Made by a program: the position numbers and the translations under genes
Source: Marsupella aquatica
Lineage: Eukaryota > Plantae > Marchantiophyta
Reading direction: 5' to 3'
Length of the DNA stretch: 64,000 bases
Assembly (NCBI GenBank): GCA_973895155.1
Contig: OZ316892.1
Location: 758,917-822,916, forward strand
Notes under the pieces: model-generated
What the model was told of the DNA's origin: nothing
The model's input: only the letters and a program-made list of their open reading frames with translations
Database searches by the model: none
In this document: piece after piece, positions 26,086-39,039 of the stretch
Position numbering within the stretch: position 1 is the first letter of the stretch
How the letters are laid out: each line of letters starts with the position of its first letter

Positions 26086-27693
26086 TAATATATACCATAG
26101 TAATATTACAGTACATTTAATATCCCAATCATATATTTAACGTAACTGAAATAATATTTAGTTTGTATGTTGGAAGGTAACGTATTGTCAGATTGAAAAA
26201 GCAATGTTGAAAGTATTGACGTAATTGCAAACATAGTAGATCCAACATCGTATTTTTATAACGTCTACAGTATAAGCAAAACGTGGATCCGGCCGTCAAA
26301 TTGCATCCAAGTTTTCCCTCCAAGAGAATTGTATTTGAAATTTGAATTTGAATGATGCTCAGAGTGAGCGTGAATCATCATGCAGACTCTTGCACCGGCC
26401 TCAATCTTCAGTTCTCGCCGAGGTTTCTTTTGTAAGGCCTTGCACCAGCCTCAGTCGACTTCAGTCCTCATGTTTCTTGTGTACCCGCTTGTGTAAGGTC
26501 GCGTTAGTCTCGCTTGTCTTGCAATCTCTTTGTTGTGGTCACGATACTGGCTTATTTCACATTGCGCATTCATCTTCAATCAATCCTCGTCTGAGTTTCA
26601 AGTTTGAGGTATAGCAATTGTTTTAGTGATACTTCTTGGTCGAGAGCTTGATCGGTTAAGGCTCTCTCCCATAATAGCTTAAAACTTGCGGGAGAGAGCT
26701 CAACCGGCTGAGCTTGATTAGAGGAGAGGAGTCATTCAAGAGGAGAGCACTACCGGCTGAGCTCATTTAGATCGAGGAAAGTCACCCACGTCGAGACAAT
26801 TCGATCAGAGGACCGAGAGTAATCTAGGGAGAGCTCGATTACCTGAGGAGATCGATAAGGAGCTAGCTTCTCTGGAGTGATCGGGAACAACATTCAAGCT
26901 ACAAGAGAGTGTCGTCACTCAGCATAAGGTATGCAGTCTACTTTCAAATCCCTAATTTATTGTTTGGTTCATTGTGTATAATTTGTAACCTGTTTATATC
27001 TCTTCTGGTTGAGTCTGTGTGTTAAATTTCTTCGATCCCGTGACTGATCAAAGCAATTTTGTTTCTAATGTGATGAACGTAAACTCTATTCATGTACTCA
27101 GATTCAATTCATGTATTCAGATTCAATTCATGTACTCACATTCAATTCATGTTCTTTGTGAAAGTTCGAATCGGATACAATATTGTATATGCTCTAGAAA
27201 TGGATTTTGTTGTACGCAAATCTAAAATTTTGGAGTAACTACTAAACCCTAAAATTCTTTAAAACACAAAATCTAAGATCACAATTTCACCTGAAGACTT
27301 GACCAGTTGCTGGAAATAATTAAGTTTGCTGCTCACTTGAGGTGAAGTGTTTCTCATTTTATGAACAAACAACATCAATCATCTGTTCAGATAGTAAACC
27401 AATTTTAAATAGCCCTTCATAATTTTGAATAGCCCTTATTAATTTTCATAATATTCAGTCAGGGAGTGAGATCTCAACCCTAAAATTGAACTCCTGACCA
27501 CATCCGAACATCATGTAACAAATTAAACAATTTAATCAGGAAATCAAATCTAAACCGTTTGATAAGCCGAATAAACTCAAATCTAGTCTGAACCCTTGAT
27601 AACTACTATCATGTGTCAAAAGGGGACAATATTCATTATTAATATCATAATTTCTTGTGACCCTAATTTGGAACCCGTGAGGAAATAGGGATA

Positions 27694-27717
27694 TTTAGGG
27701 TTTAGGGTTTAGGGTTT
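27694..27717 (+). repeat. Short plant telomeric-type (TTTAGGG)3 tract / telo-box
   Basis: tttagggtttagggtttagggttta. Confidence 0.7.
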
Positions 27718-28405
27718 ATATATCCACACCCGGGGTCCTAAAATTTGTACACTGCACAACCCACAGGCTGTAGGGTCCTCCATCTCTGATTGATAGAATT
27801 CAAGAGAATTTCTTGTAATGTTTTCATAAAAATGTTATTACATTCTAGTTATTGATAAGGTTTATCAGCCGCCAGCCTACTGATGGTCGATGAATTTGTG
27901 TACCCTGCAACCCGTGGGTTGTGGGGTATTGAGTTGATTGTTGGGTACACAATGATACTTGGTGTCAAAACTTACTAGAGCCAGTTAATCCTTAGCTAGA
28001 CACCTTTTGTAGATGTTGCACATATATATATATATAACAAAGAATATTGTTTCTTGGAGGGAGCATCTCTTGAATGAAGCGAAATCAATGTTGTTCACAA
28101 CCCACGGGCGGCAGGGTACTGATACCTCAATAAGTATTGTTCACAACCCGCGGGCGGTAGGGTACTGATACCTTGAGTTAAGTTAATCAACAAAGCCCAG
28201 ATGCAGGGCACCTTAAATTCCAATCTGAGCTACAAAGATGACATAATATCCAAAACATTATTCTCTGATCTTTAGAGAACCTTCTTTTTTTAGAAAGTTT
28301 TGTGATAGAGTGGCATCGTTTTGGGATTCGGATAATTTGAGATAAGGGCAACCGAATAATGTAAAGTGGCTAACAAATATTATATATTGCTATTGCAGAA
28401 CTAAA

Positions 28406-31400
28406 ATGTCTACGACCATCCTGTCTTTTGAAGTGGGTGACATGGTCGGATTGTTTGGCTCAAAGATATTGGTTGGGATGGGAAAGATTTTTAGTAGTGA
28501 TCCCACCAGGATTTGTCACACGGTGGAGTTAGGTCCGGATCATGTAATGGTGGAGGTTATTGAATGTTTGGATGAAAAGTTCATATTTTCTGATGGAGAA
28601 TACTTGAAGCATTTGATTGGATCCTTTCTTGTTTGGGATAAAAATGATCTCAGAGTTCATCCCTTTAGAGAGAAACACCCTGAAGTCCATGTTGATGAAG
28701 TTGACAATATTAACAGTGCCCGTGATAGTGTCCCTGGGGAAGTTGATCCTAGCACTATCCGACGAGTTGTACCACAAGTTGGGATGGTTGTGAAAGTGTT
28801 TGATGAAGCAAATGTTAATTTTGCTGTAGCGCTGATTACTTTTGTGACCCAAGGATCAACATTAGGGGAAATTATCATCGGAGACACACACATTGGGATA
28901 CTCATTACTGATTTTGTTGATGGCGCGACAAATGAGCACCTTAGATACAGGAATTGTCTTGTCCCTTGGCCTCTCAGCTTGTTGCGAGCTAGTGAAGGTC
29001 ATATGTTGAGCTTTCCAAACAAGGGCACTATTCCTATAGAGATTGATGCATCCAGTCGAAAGCGATCTTATGTGAACATTACAAGGAGAAGTAAAGTAGC
29101 CAACATTTCACTGTCAAAGAAAAGCAAGTTTCTAGACCGTGAGGATGCCAAAAACATTAGTAAGGTGGATTGTTGTGAGGAACAATGCTGCCAATTTTTT
29201 AACCGTGACCTTGCACATAATCTCCGAGAGAAACATTGGGCAAAGAGCTATCAGATGCGGAAGGAAGATGAAGTTACTGCTATTGTGAACTCACTCCATG
29301 ATGTTAGCGGTAGAGTGATAGTTGGTATGGAGGGAACCAATGGGAGAGGGGTTTGTCTGGAAGCGTGGAGGGTGATATACGGAAAAGGAAGAAGTCAGTT
29401 TTATGAGGTGAAGAAAATGGTAAGGGCAGGGGCAAGTATGTGTACTCATGGGAATCTTGGAAAACGATGAATGTCTGAAAGAGTTTCCCAAGCGCTTATG
29501 TCAATGAAAGGGATTATAGACGAATGCGCAGATAACCATCCAGCTAAGTTACGAACTATGAATGACAATACCCGCCAAGTACTTAGAGAACTTCCAATAG
29601 GTTTGAATTGGGAGAATTTGAGAAAGAAGGTGAACTCTAGGAACAAAGAGTTTGGTATTGGTCCAGTTTCCCAACCGACTATGAGTGTTCTGCGAAACAA
29701 TCACGTTAAGGAGGTGGGGATAAAGAAGAAAGGGAGTAACTTCTCAAAGTGCACGACTTGTTGTGAGTTAAATGAACGCAAATCCAAAATGACTGGAGGA
29801 AGAGAGGAAAGGGAACTTTTGAAGGTTGATGAGGACAGACATCACAAAGATCATACCGAAGGGAGAATGTTGTATCATGCTTGGAGGTTTGAATCGGTGC
29901 ATAGGCCAAAGGAGGTCTTGTGTATGATTCACGACAAGATGGATCATTGCAAGACTGCACTACCGAGAATGCCATGATGCCCAAAATCGTTGGATGGTGT
30001 GCAGAGGGTCCCGGTTACTCTTACTGGTATCTTGACTCATGGTCATGGTCCAAAAGCAATTGCCCAGTATAATATTGGAGTGTGGCCGGCTGATCCTAAT
30101 GCCTGCATTGGTTCCTTGGATTCAATATTTCGAATGCTAGAAAATCCGGTACCAATGGTGAAATCATTGCTTGAAGGACCAGATTCTACAGAGCTTTTTT
30201 CAAATTTGTTAATTGGAAGAATGCCCGTCTTGGGAGAAATGGTTCAAGATGCATTCAAGGAAGACATAGACTATGCATTCTTCCAATTTGTTAATTGGAA
30301 GAATGCTCTACCATAGGTAAGTACACGCATTGATTAGGTGTAGCAACTAGTCTATCCTTCTAGGAGTGAATCTCATCTTCTAATCGCATTTTTTAAATTA
30401 ATTTCTAGATCCAAAATATTAGCCTCTTAGAAAGGCTACAACCCGTGGGCTGTGGGTAAATCTCAAATATTGTTTTGGTTGAGATTGAGTAATAGTGTGT
30501 TTGAGATTACAATCTAGATGCATGTCATTGTTCTGATTGTTAAAATTTCTTATTTTTCAGGGGCTTTTGAAACATCATCTTTGACACAGCTATATAGACC
30601 ATTGCCAAGGATCTTGAAGTTACAACTTGATAATTGTGCTGGAGATAACAAAAACAGATTCATTTTGGCATATTTGTCACTTTTGACAGCGAGAGAGGTG
30701 TTCGAAGAAGTTCATTTGGGATTTCTGATGGTCAGACATACTCATGAAGATGTTGATGCAATGTTTGGTAATTTTTCGGAAGCTCTAATGAGGCAGCCAT
30801 CGTATACTCTCCCAGATTTAATGTCGCTACTAATGAAATCACGAAAACCAAATCCTGTTCCCCATTTTGTACAAGAAGTGCCTGATTTTAAAAGTTACTT
30901 AGCACCTTATATGTTGAAAGGGGGAGATACATTGGTGGGCCATTTGAAACCTTGAGTGTTTCGACTGTATGTTCGAGAGGATGGCATGCCTTGCATGCAA
31001 TACAAGCTAAAGGCAATGGATCAAGGGTGGCTTCCGAATGGCGGAATTGAAATGTGGTCATGGACAGTCAAGAAACGTCCTAACCTTCCAACCGGAACAC
31101 CAAAGAGGTTACCAATGACAGAGGTTAAAGTGTTGGAGGAGGTTCGAGAAGGTCTACTGAAGCAAGTGCACTTTTTTGAATTGATCATGAGGAGAAGTCA
31201 CATTGTGGAGGAACAAAAAACAAGTTGGGAGTCACTGATTGAATATTGGAACCGTGTGAGAGGCACTTTGGGTATAGAAGTACAATATTTTCCGGAAGAT
31301 GGAAATGAGTTGGTGCACGGATTTTGGCCTGTATCCAAATGGAGGGAGCATGTTCCATTAGCATACCGTAATGTTGCGTGTGAGTTGGATGCACAAATAG

Positions 31401-31874
31401 ACTATGTGGGGCCTCGGAAGGATAAGCCACGTGAGGTTTTTAACCCACGGATTGATGTTACAAAGGGTGTTTATGTCATGGTGAGACCAGACACCCACGA
31501 CTTGGATACTTACCCAATCTATTTGGGAGAAGCGGTGAGTGATGTGGAAGAGGGAAGTCCAAATGATCACAACCAGATAGAACACATGTGTGAGATGGTT
31601 ACGACCTGTCATGCAAAAAAAACGAGGTCAACCAGCATGTGAGCAAGCAAAAGTACGATGGCTCAATTGTTGGAACAAGAAATGGGAATGTGATCCTGAG
31701 TATGAAATAGAGAGAATTAGTGTGAATACTGTGCTATGGTGTTTCAAATCGCGATCTACTGGAAAATCTGGTTTGATTTCAATTCCAAAAAGACATACTG
31801 AGAAAGCACAAAACAATCTTACTAGATGCATTGAGAGTGAGGTACCAGGAAATGGAGAAGAAAATGTTGAATAG
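28406..31874 (+). pseudogene. Sola-like DDD transposase (three in-frame TGA stops, one frameshift, one intron ~30317-30560)
   Basis: FSKCTTC, MIHDKMD..KTALP, LQLDNCAGDNKN, FLMV(R)HTHEDVDAMF motifs; consecutive in-frame ORFs 28406-29470, 29471-29977, 29990-30316, 30561-30955, 30956-31642, 31590-31874; acceptor ttgcag just 5' of the ATG. Confidence 0.85.
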
Positions 31875-32320
31875 ATCTGCTTGGATATACAAAATGATTG
31901 TTATTACAAGATAGTACTTACTTAGTGCAGCTGCAGTATTAAGTATCATTATTATGATACACTGGTAAATTTAGTTTAATATGTACTTGACAAGTATAGC
32001 TTGACGCCAAAGATTTCAGGATTATTGTAGGCAATACAACCAACCATGGATTGTACATGTTTCCTTATTTCTATGTAAATGACCCTTACTATAGCTCAAG
32101 GTCTCGCTCAAAAGTGTGCAATTTGAGATTAAAGATTTGAGTACACATAATTTGTTTAATCAATGACAATGACAACACAAGTGTATGATTGATTTATAGA
32201 ATATCATTATAGGTTTGAATGGGGCTTAATGTATTTAATTGTATTTAATTGTATTTAATTGTATTTAATAAAATCCGGAAATTATCCAGAAGTCCAATTT
32301 TGTCTAAATTGGGGTTTAGT

Positions 32321-32779
32321 GATTGTGGAGTGTTTTTTGTGGATGAGAAGGTACAGGGAAGAGTGACAAGAAGCACTGAGACCACACAGAATGGCAAACA
32401 GAAGCGAAGGAGGCCAAGTGGTTTGCCAATTCCAGTTGTGTCGGTAACCAATAGCCCCAAATATGTTTGGTGGATAGGGAGGGCCCAAACTATTCAACAA
32501 CCACATGGAAATACAAGCGAGAGATCACGAGAACCAGTGGACTTGCTTGATAGGTCTGGTCCAGAAGTTGCATGCAAAGTGTTCTTTAATTGGTTTACTC
32601 CGATTGGTAACAATAAGGAAATGTTTAGATACTCTGTGTGTGATCCTCAATGGATTGATTTAGATTGTGTGATATCAACAGTCACCCTTGAAGTCAATCC
32701 TTTGCATCCAAAGGTCTTCAAATTGCATCCAGATGATGCAATTGCATTGGATAATTTTATAAAGAGCAAGATTGATTAA
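32321..32779 (+). pseudogene. C-terminal continuation of the P-like transposase split by the 20.6-kb insertion
   Basis: DCGVFF...WWIGRAQ...REPVDL...NWF follows the right TSD in the same frame as ...MSVGS before the left TIR. Confidence 0.8.
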
Positions 32780-34539
32780 TTTGGTAAGCACAATATGATA
32801 GTTGGTAAGTATATTTTCAAATTGACTTCTTGTCATTTTGCAAGGAAGTGTGTCTAGGTTCAATATCTGGTTTTGAATGTCATCCAATGTTAAGTTTGCT
32901 TTTACTCAACTTGTGAGTCTTTTCATGTTCAAATGTTGATATGTATGTGATTTCTTGTTATTCAGGTGCATCATAATGATGTTTTTTAGAGGATCAACTA
33001 AGTTGCGCATGGGCTGGCTTGCTTGGCCCCCAAAGAAGAAGGATGAAGTCAACAAAGGAGTTCAAGGCGTGTTGCTTTGATGGGGATTTTAGAATGTCAA
33101 TCAAATAGAGAGATTATTTCAAACCAGAGTCACTTATGTACCTCGATACAGATTTATCACTTGTAGTGAAAAGTATTGGTTTGAATGTAGAAAAACTTTC
33201 ATATAAAAGTTGAACTTTGAGACTGAGCGTAATGTCTTTGCAATTTCCATAGATGATAGTGTAGAATTATTAATCCAACTTAATCTTGATACTTGCATGG
33301 GGGAGAGTTTGACTCTTATGTGTTATGTGCCTCACTATCTTCCTTGAGGAAATGTGGATATAAATGATATATTATTCACTTTATTGCTTGTGAAATGTGT
33401 ATTCCCTTGTTTACTACTTTGAATCTGTTGAAACTAATTTTTTATAACATCTGAAGGGCATGTTTAATGTACTTTTGATTATGATAATAATAACCTCAAG
33501 GGCTTTCTTAATGTTCCAAAAGTAATTTGATTAATACTAATAAGAGGTTTTTAAAAAAGCAAAAATAGTATCAAAGGGTTTTGGAGGGGAGGCTGTTCAT
33601 AGGTGGGTTCCGTTAATATACACGGAGTGAAGGCCTAGGGAGTTCAATTGTCCATTTTTGGTACCAATTCCTTTCAAGAGGAAGCCATCTTGTTGCTTCA
33701 CTGGCTGAAACCAACCTGCAAAAGTACAAAGCCGAGAAGCATTACAAATGGCTTATTCGTCTACTAGGCGGTTCCCACTGGATCAATGATTTTGGTCTCC
33801 CCATTCGAAAGCAAGTATTGTAGGGAAGACAAGATCACTCAATTCTTCTTTGAAGGAGAAAAGTACATTGGCTTTGGAGAATCCTTGCTCTGTCTCCTTG
33901 ACAAAGTCTTCGGGATCCCTGGAACCATAGACTTGCAATGACACCATTTTGATGACATACCCGCTCGAGTACAGTCATTCATCAACTGTAGATTTGGCAT
34001 GGCCCCAACTTTGGCTTGACATCAAGACCCATGGCACCTCCTTAGCAGCACCAATAGCCAACCTTCCCGGGGATGGCCAGACTCAAACGCCACCCCGAGC
34101 CCCCTCAAGCCGCTCCCCACTGCTGACTGTACTGCCCGTATTTGATTCAAGTTGAAATATATACAGGTTTTTTTGCTTTATCAATAGAAAATCACCGACG
34201 AGGTATTGAACTAATGCCAAAAGTAAAGCTGCAAGTAGAAACAAAGAATAACTAATTATGATGAGCATAAAGAACCTAATAAAATGTTGTTTTGGGTGCA
34301 GTCTATGGTAAATGTGGTAAACTTGAGCTTGAAAGATGAGGAGGTCATCCCCCTTGTGCGCAACCCACCTGCGACCCGATGAGGATCACCCCAATGCCCC
34401 AACAAGCATGAACCCGGGAGGCAACCTCGGTAGACACTACGGTCACAGTTGCAGCCCCGACGTCCGTGCTAGTGGCAGTAGCAATACTGTCACCACTAGA
34501 ACAAGAGGAAGGCCAGTTGTCACCCTTGACAAGTCACCC

Positions 34540-34915
34540 TAGAAGCCACTTCCAAGGTAGGAAGAGGAAGGAACTGACCTCAACAGCTGGCTTGCCCAGT
34601 GGCCAAACTCACTATGCACCGGATGGGGGAGAATGTTCATAAAAACATCCTCCATCTTAAACATGCATGCTACTTGAAGATCCAAGAGTTTGAGCACCTC
34701 TCAGCCCTTCCATGGAATACTTGCCAGTACTACGGGCAGGACATGACGGAGTTTATCCAAAACTTTGACAAGGCCTGCCAGGAAGCCCGTGCACAAGGAT
34801 GAGTGATGTCCTTGTCCGAGGCACAACTCAAGCTCATCTTTGGCCTACCCAAAGGAAGGGATTGAGTGGAATCATGGGCACCAGGTAGCAAAGGAGCCAA
34901 GTACTACTCGTCCTT
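34540..34915 (+). repeat. Dispersed repeat (decayed retroelement accessory ORF), copy A
   Basis: gacatgacggagtttatccaaaactttgacaa...ctcaagctcatctttggccta...aatcatgggcac shared with 41110-41460. Confidence 0.7.
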
Positions 34916-36319
34916 CACTATCATAATATATTTTAGAACTTCAACTTTCAAACAAACAAAGCCTCGACCATGGAGAAGAGTTCTTTCCCTCTTATATTAA
35001 GGCCTCAAATCAGCCTTATTACTCTTCCACATTCCTCTATGATTGCAAAGGAAACTGTCACCAACTACAACTTGTGCAGAAAAAATCGCCGCTTCTAATT
35101 TCTTCACAAAATGACTATCAATCTCTCCACCTTCTAAGGAGCCAAGACCACAACCTTGGGAGAGAACTCATCCATTACACTTGCTTCACCATCCTCTTGG
35201 TTTCTAAGAAGAGCTTTCACTCCTCCAAAATCTACTCACAAACTCCCTTAACAAAATTTTGTAGCACTTAAATTGTGTGAAAACAATTGACATCCCTTCA
35301 TCATTCAAACCCTACCTTAAATAGCATTTGGGAGGGCCCAAGAATTATTCACCCCCTTCACTTATGATTTTAGTAATCCATTTTAGATCAATCATATCCA
35401 GCCGTTGGAATGAAAACTGCCCAAAACTTTAGCAAATGGTGGGCCACAAAGTAAAGTTTGATCCATTTTGGAGAGGGCTCGACCTTTTTTATCCTAGAGT
35501 AAATAATATCTCTTGTATTTCATCCCTAGATTTCCTCCAACCAAGATCCATTCCTTATTTGTTTGCAAACCCAAAATTGTCAACTTACTAGTTTAATAAT
35601 TCTTTTTAACTTTAGTAAGAAGGGATGGCCATTAGTGCCATGCCATAACCCTCTTTTTCACCTATCTAAGTTTGTCTTTCACTCCAAAGCTCAAGCCCTA
35701 CCTCTTGCACATATTCACCTAACATTTGTCTCTATTTTATTTGATTGCAAACTGAAAAATGCCACCTTACCGATTTAACTAGCATTTTAACTTGAGTAAG
35801 ATCAATGAATAGGAGGTAGCCAACAAGTCATCTTTGACCCTCTTCTTTGAACTTCAAACCTTGCCACCTCCCTAGCTAGGCACTTTAACTATGATTAATT
35901 ACTCCAAATATTCTTATCTTCTTCAAAAGTTCTAAGAATAAGCTTTGTACATAATTAATGGATAAATAAATATCCATTATTAAAATATTAAATAAAAATA
36001 TGGAGTGACTCTATCTTTTTTGTCATTGGACCTTAAATTCCTGTTGATATCCCATTGGTCAAACTAATCTTGCCAATTTGTTCCAATTTTTTGTTACTAA
36101 AAATAGTAAGAAATGCAAAAACTTCTTTGTCATTGATCTATTTTTGTCAAACATACTCAACTTCATTAGAAAAAAAATACCAATGAAATTCAATCATGTA
36201 AAACCCGCTGGCAACCAACTCCTCGTTGGTTCAAAATTATTATCATAATACCATTTTTTATTTATCCATGCACAAAGTTGCATGTTTTAATCTTTTTTTT
36301 TCTCTTCTTTTGCACAAGG

Positions 36320-37540
36320 TAAACATGAGGATTTCTCCTTTAGGAAGAAAACCTCATGATAATATGACGACTAAAGAGATTTTGCAATGGAGGAAGGAAA
36401 CCACATTGAGAAAATGGTTTACAACACATGTTAATGATCCCGAGGCACGATAATATAAATACCATAAATATCTATTTCATTATAGTTAGAACAAAAACCA
36501 AAATAATGGATCATTTATAAGCAAAAGATTAGAGGCTGTGGATATTCCATTGATCATTTATATTTGACTCATCCAGGTATTATTTGCATCTTGATTTAAT
36601 AGTTCTCAAATAATTGAATTTATTATGTTTATGTTCAAAATATGCATTTTAATGAATTTTTATTGTGTAGGTTACAAAAAAAATTCATTGAATGTGGTTA
36701 CTTCTTCATCATATTAAAGGGGCTATTGGATATGACAGTTTGAAAATAATTGATAGCGTAATCATGCCCACTTTTAAGCAAACAACAATTAAGTTAGGAC
36801 TCTTGGGAGATGGTTCAGAGGTTATTGACTGTTTGAGGGAATGTTTAGAGATTTGGATTGGACATGCAGTATGCCAACTTTTTGTCATCATTCTTCTCTA
36901 CAACACACTTGCACGCCCTAAAGAATCATGAAATCAATTTGTAACATCCATGACAAAGGATCTAATGTATTTAAGACGTTAGGTATTATTTTCTACACAA
37001 ATCCAATCTTCCTTAACATGCTGTTATCAATAATGGACTATGAAAAATTGACCATTATTTACAAGATCATAACAAAAGATTGTCTAATTTTTGTGACATG
37101 TATCAAATAAATTTTACTTGCAACAAAGAAGCTAATTCTCATTTGAAGCTAGAAGAACTCTCATATGATTGTGTTGCACTACATTCATGTGCATTGGAGG
37201 GAGAAAAAAACTAAATAATTGATAAAATATAATTTGACAACAAATGAATAATGTTTATGAGACCATATTGTAAGGTGAATCTCCTCGGGTAAATATATAC
37301 ATTACCTTTCAAATAATTTGGAACATGATTATGAGATGCTTTATTTGACATTATCAATGATTTTCATATATCTTTAACTCAAGGTTTAATTTATCTAGGA
37401 GCATCTATTCTTTATTGATGGACCAGGTGAAACTAGAAAGATATTTTTATATAATCTTCTACTAGCACGGGTCAGATGTGAGAGGCACATCGCTCTTGCC
37501 TTGGCATCATTGAGAATTGCAACCTTACTATTATAGCTCT
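36320..37540 (+). pseudogene. Helitron RepHel remnant (linker and PIF1-like helicase motif I region)
   Basis: LLLHHIKGAIGYDSLK...TFKQ...LGLLGDGSE...CLRE and FIDGPGETRKIFLYNLLLARVR...IALALASLRIATLL. Confidence 0.75.
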
Positions 37541-38029
37541 ACTTACATGTAAAAACTTAAAATTATGTTGATCATATAGTGAAATTGAGTCCATTAAAAA
37601 TACTAATTTATGATATTTTGAATACTGGGGTAGAGAGATCAAGCGACCATCATTTGAGCCACATTCAAAAGATCTTCTATATAGTCAAAGATAAAAGTGA
37701 TGAGGCTAATTAGAACATGAGAGTAAAAACACTAGAAAATATATCATATTATCAAGAATTGCTTTATATGTATATTTTATACTTAGTGTGTTATGATATT
37801 TATAGAGTATCATTTTCACTCGTTATTTTATGGAATGTTAATTTATCTTAGCACTAACTTCTCCATGTTGGAATAAGTAAATATATACATCTTTAATATT
37901 TGCTTCAAAAAAATTGATAACTTGGATTTTTTTATACGTAGAAGAAGAGGCATTTGAGCAACAAGGCTTTAATGATTGGTTACTAGCAATTGGAGTGATC
38001 ATATTGATCAAAATAGGGTCTTCCCATCT

Positions 38030-38640
38030 TTACTTCTCTCGGACACAATCAGCCAACCTCTGGTAATACTCATCAAACTCAACCACATGACCATCCAACT
38101 CAATTATGTAAACATTAGCTTCCACATGTGAAGAGGATGCCTCTCCACTTCTCTTGCTAGTTTGCCTCTCAGCCAATGCTTTCATCCCTCCCTTGTTTGA
38201 GTTGAAGGGAATCGACTCTTTGTTATCCAAAAATAATATCTTCTTTTGACCAAGCTCTCCAGTGAATTTCACCAGCCCCTTATCAGTTGCTTCCTTGAGA
38301 TCTTGACATTCCCTCTTGTCATGATCCTCATTGTCGCACCACATGCATGACCAATTTTGGTTTTCTTGCCTCCTCTCGGGGACACATCCAGCCTTCAGCT
38401 TTGGATTCTCAGCCAAATGTGCAGTCAAGATCTTCAAGTTTTGTATCATTTCCTCAAGATCATCTATCATCGACAATGCTTCCTCTTTGACTAGTTCCCG
38501 TTTTGCTTTAACCAATAGCGGTTCAAGCACCTTCAGCTCGTGAGTCATGACATCCTTGTTCAACTCTTGCCTCCGGTGCCAATCGCTCACTTTTGACACC
38601 GCCATTTCTACTTGGTTCTAATCGTTCGACAAGGTCACTC
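38030..38640 (-). pseudogene. Ty3/Gypsy-type gag fragment with CCHC zinc knuckle
   Basis: CMWCDNEDHDKREC (CX2CX4HX4C) in ORF 38030-38605. Confidence 0.7.
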
Positions 38641-39039
38641 TAGTCGGTTCCATTACATTTTCCGATTGAGATCTTCATCCGCTGCTCTGAAGAAGAGAAT
38701 GGAGCACTGCATCTTTATGATCCCAACATCATGCTTTGGCAACTGAGACACCTTGCGCTTAAAACTCCCTTGGCAATTTTTGTGGACCCTTCAACTTCTT
38801 GTTACGATCATTCACCCAATCAAGGAACGTGGCTTGAGTGACTTGATCAGCGTACTTAGCCTGAAACTTCTCCTTCATCCTAGAGTCAAAATCCTCTCAA
38901 CTCTCAACCAAATCAACAATCAACTTCACCGTGGACCTCAACTCTCACTTGACCAGAACTAGAAACTCTTTCACAGTGTCGTAAGGAAATTACAATATAT
39001 AAAGAATAACTTAGTTTTGTATGAAAATATAAAAGTAAA

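Larger units (their letters stand above)
11669..32316. mobile_element. Giant (20,648 bp) TIR DNA transposon, Sola-like, with cargo gene and internal tandem arrays
   Basis: Perfect 19-bp TIR AACCCCAATTTAGACAAAA at 11669-11687 and its reverse complement at 32298-32316; TSD TAGT at 11665-11668 and 32317-32320; excision rejoins MMMSVGS-DCGVFF in frame; internal DDD transposase. Confidence 0.92.

Noticed and set aside
32249-32320. ORF 32249-32779 as a standalone gene
   Set aside because: Its first ~24 codons are TIR and subterminal (ATTGTATTTA)n sequence; the rest is the tail of the split P-like transposase
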